NCBI GenBank assembly: GCA_046350555.1
Contig: JAXMAF010000009.1
Coordinates: 9,900 to 73,899, forward strand
DNA length: 64,000 nucleotides
Reading direction: 5' to 3'
Source of the DNA: Phycisphaerales bacterium
GTDB lineage: Bacteria; Planctomycetota; Phycisphaerae; Phycisphaerales; SM1A02
Shown here: in pieces, positions 58,877-64,000 of the stretch
Layout of the letters: each line of letters starts with the position of its first letter
Numbering within the stretch: the stretch's first letter is position 1
Notes under the pieces: generated by a model
The model's database searches: none
What the model was told of the DNA's origin: nothing
The model's input: the letters and a program-made list of their open reading frames with translations, nothing else
Position numbers and translations under genes: made by a program

Positions 58877-59103
58877 ACTGCTGCGACGGCTGGACGATGT
58901 CCCGTTCGCGCCCCGCGATCGAAGCCGGCTCGAGCCGCATCACCGAAGTCGAGCTTCCCACCAGGGCGGCGCCCGGCGGTTTGCCGCTGCTGCTGCTGCC
59001 GCTGCTGCCGTCCCTGTTGCGCTGCCTGGTCGCGCTTGCCGGCGTGTGCCACTGTCGCGACCCGCTACGCCTGCTGCAATGCCGCGGCTGCTGCAACTGC
59101 CAC

Positions 59104-59157
59104 CGCGAGTGCTGCGAGTGCTGCGAGTGCCGCGAGTGCCGCGAGTGCCGCGAGTGC
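59104..59157. repeat. Six tandem 9-mers (YGCGAGTGC)
   Basis: Read directly: cgcgagtgc tgcgagtgc tgcgagtgc cgcgagtgc cgcgagtgc cgcgagtgc. Confidence 0.85.
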
Positions 59158-59647
59158 CGACTGCTACGAATGCCGCGACCGCCGCGAGCGGAGCGCCCGC
59201 ATGCCCCGGCGAGGGCGTGGCGCATGCTCCACTGCCCATCCTCGGCCTGGCGCTCGGCGACCTGCGGCGACTTACCGAGATCGCGCGCCAGGCTTCTCGG
59301 CAGCGATCGAGCGGAGCGTGCCATGACGGACTTTCAGTCGATCCTCGACAGCGCACGCGACGCCGGCGATGCTGGCCACCGTGTACCGCCGGCTGCGGCT
59401 GTGGGGCAGCGGCACGGTCGGCTCGACGGCGCGGCTCGCCCGCCGAGGCGATCCGCCGGGGCTCGCGGCGGATTCGTCGTAGCGCTTGCGGCTGGGCGAG
59501 CCGGACCCGGCGCCGGACTGATCGACGAAGAAGCGCAGCACGGCGGTCAATCGGCTTCCGCGACGGCGGAGCCGTCGTTGTCCTCTTGTCGTGGTGGACG
59601 CGGAAAGGCCGCCGAAAGGTCGTCGGGACGCCAAGAAGGGCTGCGGC

Positions 59648-59859
59648 GCGAGAAGTTGGTGGCTCCTGGACGCGGAACGCTGTCGTTCTTCAACGAGGAT
59701 CTGCCGGCGGTCGGCTTGAAGACTGTGGAAGAGTGTGCATGGCCGGGATGTCCGCGAGAAGTTGGTGGCTCCTGGACGCGGAACGCTGTCGTTCTTCAAC
59801 GAGGATCTGCCGGCGGTCGGCTTGAAGACTGTGGAAGAGTGTGCATGGCCGGGATGTCC
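59648..59859. repeat. Perfect tandem duplication of a 106-bp unit, followed by GGGATGTCC copies up to about 59894
   Basis: The period is confirmed by identical GTGCATGGCCGGGATGTCC at 59735 and 59841. I saw no mismatch between the two units. GGGATGTCC recurs at 59851, 59861, 59877 and 59886. Confidence 0.85.
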
Positions 59860-60399
59860 CGGGATGTCCGGTGGCCGGGATGTCCGGGATGTCCGCGCGT
59901 GTCCGCGGAGACGTGAAGCGCTTGAGCTTCGGCAACCGCCGCAGCTTGGCTCGCGTCGACACCGTTCGGCAAACGGCAAGGACTACGCCGCGCGGCGAGA
60001 TCGCCATGGCCGAGGGCAGGAACTCGTCGCCTTCGGGCGCACCTCGTGCGGTGCCGGCAGCCGCGCGGTGTCGATCGAGGCCACGCGGGGACACTCGGTC
60101 CACGTCGCTCGAGCGCGGCCGATTCATTGGCGAGCCGATCGACCATGTCGGCGACCGGTCCCCGGTCGGGCCGAGGCAGCCCTTCGCGATCGTGGAAGAT
60201 GAGCGACGCGGACATGGCCGCAGCGTGGGCCAACGGCCGCGAGGATTCAAGGCGCGCTTCAAGTCGCCGTCACCGTGACGAACGGCCCTGCGGCGGAGCA
60301 TAGCCGGTCGAACATCACCCGTTCGACCGTCGCCTCCCCGGCGACGTCCCGTCCGCCACGCACGCTGTGGCAATCGGTGATTGGCCGACCCAAGGAGCG

Positions 60400-60459
60400 A
60401 TGGACAGGATCAACATGACACATTCGACCCGTCGTGACTTCCCCGGCGAGCGCAGCTGA
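60400..60459 (+). pseudogene. Orphan 5' end of a gene (SD, ATG and a Tat-like leader) cut off next to repeat A7
   Basis: AAGGAG (60392-60397), then ATG at 60400: MDRINMTHSTRRDFPGERS*. This resembles the TRRDF twin-arginine type leader. A stop follows after 19 codons, 7 nt before A7. Confidence 0.4.
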
Positions 60460-60465
60460 TTGATC

Positions 60466-60571
60466 TCATACGGATTCAGTAGACTTCCATGCGTTCGACC
60501 CCCTGCCCACAGCGGCGTCTCGCGGCAGGTGGAGTGGGGTGGGGCGCGAGAATCAACTGGGACGCGTATCA
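60466..60571 (-). mobile_element. Family A MITE-like repeat, copy A7 (TCA/TCA flanks)
   Basis: The sequence is TCA|TACGGATTCAGTAGA...ACTGGGACGCGTA|TCA. Confidence 0.8.
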
Positions 60572-60585
60572 CGCTGCCCAGGGCG

Positions 60586-60691
60586 AAGCAGCGGAACATG
60601 GGCGTCATCGCCAAGCGACCCATCGCGAACGCGGCGTGGCGCCACGACGACGAGCCCAAGGAGGGCTACCACGTCGACTACTGGAAGCGGC
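60586..60691 (+). pseudogene. Internal fragment of an aldo/keto-reductase-like gene, trapped between repeats A7 and A8
   Basis: It translates as KQRNMGVIAKRPIANAAWRHDDEPKEGYHVDYWKRL. This is a ~35-aa island with no start or stop context of its own. The family call is from memory of AKR C-terminal regions and has low confidence. Confidence 0.3.
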
Positions 60692-60799
60692 TCATACGGA
60701 TTCCAGTAGACCTCCATGCGTCCGACCCCTTGCCCACAGCGGCGTCTCACGGCGGAATTGAGTTGGGTGGGGCGCGAGAATCAACTGGAACGCGTATCA
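60692..60799 (-). mobile_element. Family A MITE-like repeat, copy A8 (TCA/TCA flanks)
   Basis: The sequence is TCA|TACGGATTCCAGTAGA...AACTGGAACGCGTA|TCA. Confidence 0.8.
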
Positions 60800-60892
60800 G
60801 GAAGCTCGACTTCGACTTCAACAAGGCCTGTCGCCTCCAGACCTTTTTTTGATTCCCTCTGTTCACCCTCCGCAGTTCGCAAGGAGTCACAC

Positions 60893-61687
60893 ATGCGTCG
60901 ATTCGCAACCCTCACCCTGACCATTTTCCTTTCGTGCTCGGCGACAGGCGCTGCCCGCGCCAGCTCTCTCGTCACCCTTGACGTCGGCACCGCGGCCGCG
61001 TGGCAGGCCGATTGCATCGTGATCGGCTTCGACGACGTGCCCGGCACCCTGAGTTTCGTCCCGGGTTTCGTGGTGCCTGCGGCGTCGCAGCTGACGGATC
61101 AGTTCGTGCAGTGCGCGGGCGTCGCGTTCGCCAGCACCGGCGGTCCGATCGCCGTCATCGGCGTCGCCGGAACCCCGCAGGCAGGCGATGCCCAGTCTCC
61201 GCCCAACATCATCGGCGGGACGATCCTCAGTGGTCCGAACATCGTCATCAACTACCTCCAGTCGATCCATCTCGAGTTGGTGAATGGAAGCGGCGCGCCC
61301 GCGCCGTCGAACAAGGTGGGCGCGTGGACCGATCCGACCGGATCCCTCGTGCGTCTCGACGTCTTCGACTCGGCCGGCCAGCTCCTCGAGTCGGCGCAGG
61401 GCAACCAGGGGTTCTTCATCGGCGTCGAGCATGAGGGCATCGCCTCGGCCACGTTCGTCTTCGTGCATCAGCAGAGCGCCGCGGGCTTCTCGCTCGACGA
61501 CGTGAGCATCGGACGCCGTGCGGGAAGCGCCGACCTGAACGGCGACGGGATCGTCAACGGCGCCGACCTCGGGCTCCTTCTCGGGGCGTGGGGCCCATGC
61601 CCGTCGAACTGCTGCGTCGCGGACGTGGACTCGAGCGGCGGAGTCGACGGCGCAGATCTCGGGCTGCTGCTGGGGGCGTGGAGCTGA
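60893..61687 (+). CDS. Secreted hypothetical protein (264 aa) with a double dockerin-like tag
   Basis: AAGGAG lies 6 nt upstream of the ATG at 60893. The signal peptide is MRRFATLTLTIFLSCSATGAARA. The C-terminus is [22 protein letters not shown]...[22 protein letters not shown]. Confidence 0.85.
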   Translation: MRRFATLTLTIFLSCSATGAARASSLVTLDVGTAAAWQADCIVIGFDDVPGTLSFVPGFVVPAASQLTDQFVQCAGVAFASTGGPIAVIGVAGTPQAGDAQSPPNIIGGTILSGPNIVINYLQSIHLELVNGSGAPAPSNKVGAWTDPTGSLVRLDVFDSAGQLLESAQGNQGFFIGVEHEGIASATFVFVHQQSAAGFSLDDVSIGRRAGSADLNGDGIVNGADLGLLLGAWGPCPSNCCVADVDSSGGVDGADLGLLLGAWS

Positions 61688-61793
61688 TACGCGTCCCAGT
61701 TGATTCTCGCGCCCCACCCCCACCCAATTCCGCCGCGAGACGCCGCTGTGGGCGGGGGGTCGAACGCATGGAGGTCTACTGGAATCCGTATGA
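61685..61793 (+). mobile_element. Family A MITE-like repeat, copy A9 (TGA/TGA flanks)
   Basis: The sequence is TGA|TACGCGTCCCAGTTGA...CTACTGGAATCCGTA|TGA. The left TGA (61685-61687) is the stop codon of gene 60893..61687. Confidence 0.8.
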
Positions 61794-61800
61794 GGGGAGC

Positions 61801-61867
61801 GCGAAGGTGTCGGGTACCTTCGCTCCACGGGAACCTTTGCTTCAGCGAAGGTACCCGACACCTTCGT
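61801..61867. terminator. Two related 8-bp-stem hairpins between convergent genes (possible bidirectional terminator)
   Basis: The hairpins are GCGAAGGT-gtcgggt-ACCTTCGC (61801-61823) and GCGAAGGT-acccgac-ACCTTCGT (61845-67). The second is followed by TCACTGTGTTTCC. There is no strong U-tract. Confidence 0.4.
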
Positions 61868-61882
61868 TCACTGTGTTTCCGA

Positions 61883-62161
61883 TCACCACTCCGTGACCAC
61901 CATCCAGACGACCAGCGCCATGCAATACGCCGCCGGGACCAAGCCCGCGATCGCGGCGACGCCGTGGCGCGCCTTCGCGAGCGCCCAGAGTGCGCCGACG
62001 AGGCCGAGCAGGCCCACGGCGATCACGCTCCAGAACAGGATCCAGATCTCGCGCAACCTCTCCGGCGAGCTGTTGGCCCCGGAAGCCATGAGCAGCACCA
62101 GCATGACCAGCGAGGCGCCGCCGCCGGCGAGCATGCAGAGGAGTGCAAGGACGATTCGCAT
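61883..62161 (-). CDS. Small hypothetical membrane protein (92 aa, about 3 TM segments)
   Basis: The ORF has three hydrophobic stretches (IVLALLCMLAGGGASLVMLVLLM, IWILFWSVIAVGLLGLVGALWAL, VAAIAGLVPAAYCMALVVWMVV). There is no SD and I recognise no family. Confidence 0.5.
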   Translation of the reverse strand: MRIVLALLCMLAGGGASLVMLVLLMASGANSSPERLREIWILFWSVIAVGLLGLVGALWALAKARHGVAAIAGLVPAAYCMALVVWMVVTEW

Positions 62162-62247
62162 GGCAGGTGGTCAGGGACGCTCCGGCGCCTTGGCTTGTTC
62201 CGCTTGCTTGTTCGTTCCTCTCGCTTGCCGACGCCCTCGTTTGCCGA

Positions 62248-64000
62248 TCAGCTTCCGGCCCCGCATGAATTCCACGAGCCAAGAAGCAGGCCCAGGTCGG
62301 CGCCGTCCACGATGCCGTCGAGATTGAGATCGCCGGTGACGGAGGCCGTGTTCCATGCGGCCAGCAGCGCACCGAGGTCGGCGGCGCCGACGTTGCCATC
62401 GCCATCGATGTCGCCGATGCACGACACCTCCACGACCGCGAAGGTCGTGAAGCCGGCGCTACCGCTGTTGGGGTGGACGCTCCAGGCGCCGTCGGCGCCG
62501 TCGAGCCGCACGAAGTGCTCGTTGCCGCCGGACGTCGAGGGCTCCCCCGGCGCCCAGTTCGTGTAGTTGGCGACGGTGTGATCCAGCCACTGAAACACAC
62601 CGGCGATCGCCTGGTCGCTGAGCCCGATGAAGCAGGAGCGCGGCGCGCCATCGAAGGCCGCCACGTTGCGCCGGATCCACTCGTTCTCGACGGCATCGTC
62701 GATGACGGCCAACGTGCCGCGCAGGCTCAGCGCCCTCTTCTGGGCTTCCGACCATGCGCCGGACTCGAGGAGGTAGTACTGGTGGCCGGTGGCTGGATTG
62801 AACAGTGGACCCGCCACGACACCCGGATCGCAGAGGCCCTTCGCCTCGGCGACACAGTTGCCGTCCCAGCTCGCCTCGCAACAGAAGCTGTCGATGGAAC
62901 AGACCGTGTGGCAGCAGGACTCGCCTTCGCAGCCGGGACCATGCGCGCGGAAACAGGATCCGGCGCTTGGACCGCACGCGGGGATCTCGAACTCCACGAC
63001 GCCAAATCGCTGCGCCGTGTTCGAAACGTCGCTCCAGAGACCCGAATCGGCGAGCATCTGCCCATCGTCCGCACCCACGCCGCCCTCATCAAGATCATCC
63101 GGTTCGCCGACGGCCCAGTGAACGAAGTCCAGCGGCTGCCCGCTGCTCCAGACGAAGACTCCCTCGCGCGCGACATCGTTGATGCCGAGCCAGAGATGAC
63201 GTCCCGACAGGCCGGGGATGTTGTTGGCCACGTTGCTTCGGATCCACTCGTTCTCCGCCGCATCGTCGATGGTCGCCAGCGCGCCGCCCAGCTCGCTCGC
63301 GAGGACGCTGCTCTCCTCCCACGTTGCCGGCGAGAGCAGCGAATACAGGTGTCCCGATGTCGGATCGATGATCTGACCGGACATCGGCGCCTGCGGGCAG
63401 AAATCGATCTCCAGCGTGAACGCGTAGTCGAGCGCCTTGGCGCCGGTCTGCTGCCCGGCGAGCTGGACGGAGGCGTCCACGGACAGCACGTACTCGCCAT
63501 CCACGACCTGGAAGCACGTGTTCCACGACGGGTTCGCGCTGTCGTAGTGCAGGTTCACGCCCGGTCCGGTCAGCGCGATGGCGGCGCCCGACGTGGCGCC
63601 GGTCATGGAACCGACGAAGCGCAGCGTCGCCACCTCGAAGGAGGCCAGATCGGAGACGACCAGCGAGACCTTGATGTTCTCCTGCGCCGCGGCAAACCCT
63701 GCAACCACCGGCTTGCTGACGGTCAACGAGCTGGCAAGCTTGAACCCCGACGTCTCCAGGTTCGGCTGGAGCGTGAGCCACTTCGAATCGCTGGTCAGGC
63801 ACGCCTCGTTGATGTCGCTGATGACGCACTGGTTGAAGAAGATCGGCCCGTAGGCCGGCCGCTGTTGCGAGTTGTAGCCCGCCGAGTTGTCGCCCTGGGC
63901 GGAGACGCCACCGCTCCGCGCATCCTGTCCTGCCGTGATCTTCCCAAGCGCGCCGAACGCGCCGCTCGCGAACGTGAGGGAGAGCGCGAGCGCAACCGGA
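62248..64000 (-). CDS. Secreted protein with two C-type lectin-like domains and a double dockerin-like tag; the 5' end runs off the window
   Basis: Two CTLD patterns are present (HLYSLLSPATWEESSVLASELGGALATIDDAAENEWI...LWLGINDVAREGVFVWSSG...WAVGEPDD, and HQYYLLESGAWSEAQKRALSLRGTLAVIDDAVENEWI...GLSDQAIAGVFQWLD...WAPGEPS). The C-terminus is GDIDGDGNVGAADLGALLAAWN...[22 protein letters not shown]. The frame stays open upstream of 63726 to the window edge and reads like a signal peptide (VALALSLTFASGAFGA). Confidence 0.85.
   Translation of the reverse strand, partial: PVALALSLTFASGAFGALGKITAGQDARSGGVSAQGDNSAGYNSQQRPAYGPIFFNQCVISDINEACLTSDSKWLTLQPNLETSGFKLASSLTVSKPVVAGFAAAQENIKVSLVVSDLASFEVATLRFVGSMTGATSGAAIALTGPGVNLHYDSANPSWNTCFQVVDGEYVLSVDASVQLAGQQTGAKALDYAFTLEIDFCPQAPMSGQIIDPTSGHLYSLLSPATWEESSVLASELGGALATIDDAAENEWIRSNVANNIPGLSGRHLWLGINDVAREGVFVWSSGQPLDFVHWAVGEPDDLDEGGVGADDGQMLADSGLWSDVSNTAQRFGVVEFEIPACGPSAGSCFRAHGPGCEGESCCHTVCSIDSFCCEASWDGNCVAEAKGLCDPGVVAGPLFNPATGHQYYLLESGAWSEAQKRALSLRGTLAVIDDAVENEWIRRNVAAFDGAPRSCFIGLSDQAIAGVFQWLDHTVANYTNWAPGEPSTSGGNEHFVRLDGADGAWSVHPNSGSAGFTTFAVVEVSCIGDIDGDGNVGAADLGALLAAWNTASVTGDLNLDGIVDGADLGLLLGSWNSCGAGS

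Noticed and set aside
59648-59894. Could the 106-bp duplication plus the short GGGATGTCC copies be a CRISPR array?
   Set aside because: The units are directly contiguous with no unique spacers. The repeat length and organisation do not fit a CRISPR array, and no cas genes are present in the window.
59690-60373. ORFs on both strands of the 59.7-60.4 kb stretch (for example 59796..60233 minus, 59841..60278 plus).
   Set aside because: They have no recognisable family, overlap each other in several frames, run through tandem repeats, and have poor start context. I left this region unannotated as probable decayed sequence.

Overview
This is a very GC-rich bacterial chromosome segment. Third codon positions are almost always G/C, so all six frames carry long spurious ORFs. 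I kept only ORFs with a recognisable protein family, a signal peptide or a convincing start context.

The gene content suggests a Planctomycetota/Phycisphaerae-like organism (inference only). The evidence is a prepilin-type/DUF1559-like protein, many secreted proteins ending in a double dockerin-like EF-hand tag, and secretin-N-domain-like paralogues.

Positions 1-25 kb look ordinary. They carry two tandem RND pumps, a convergent NodT-type outer-membrane factor, a histidine kinase, a MacB/FtsX permease, DedA, glycerate kinase, YceI, FMN reductase, prfB (with a +1 frameshift), YpfJ, an orphan DNA methyltransferase, GH127 and transketolase.

Positions 26-64 kb look accessory and repeat-ridden:
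- Seven secreted proteins carry the same C-terminal dockerin-like tag.
- Three tandem secreted paralogues sit together.
- An RtcR/sigma-54 rtcBA RNA-repair operon has a Ro60/TROVE gene cut to 187 codons.
- A 1442-aa protein is built of six 182-aa tandem units.
- Several genes are decayed: an M28 peptidase with two frameshifts, a Y1/RAYT-like transposase, a LamG fragment and other gene shreds.
- A ~102-bp MITE-like element is present in nine copies, with 3-bp TCA/TGA target-site duplications. Three copies sit exactly in TGA stop codons.
- There is a second ~105-bp repeat family, a 166-bp palindrome, and many short tandem arrays with 7, 9, 10, 15 and 106 bp units.

I saw no tRNA, rRNA or CRISPR array. 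I cannot point to a clearly novel multi-gene system. The best candidates for follow-up are the rtc locus and its unusual regulatory palindrome, the dockerin-tag protein set without a visible cohesin partner, the stop-codon-targeting MITE, and the prfB frameshift site that uses UAA.
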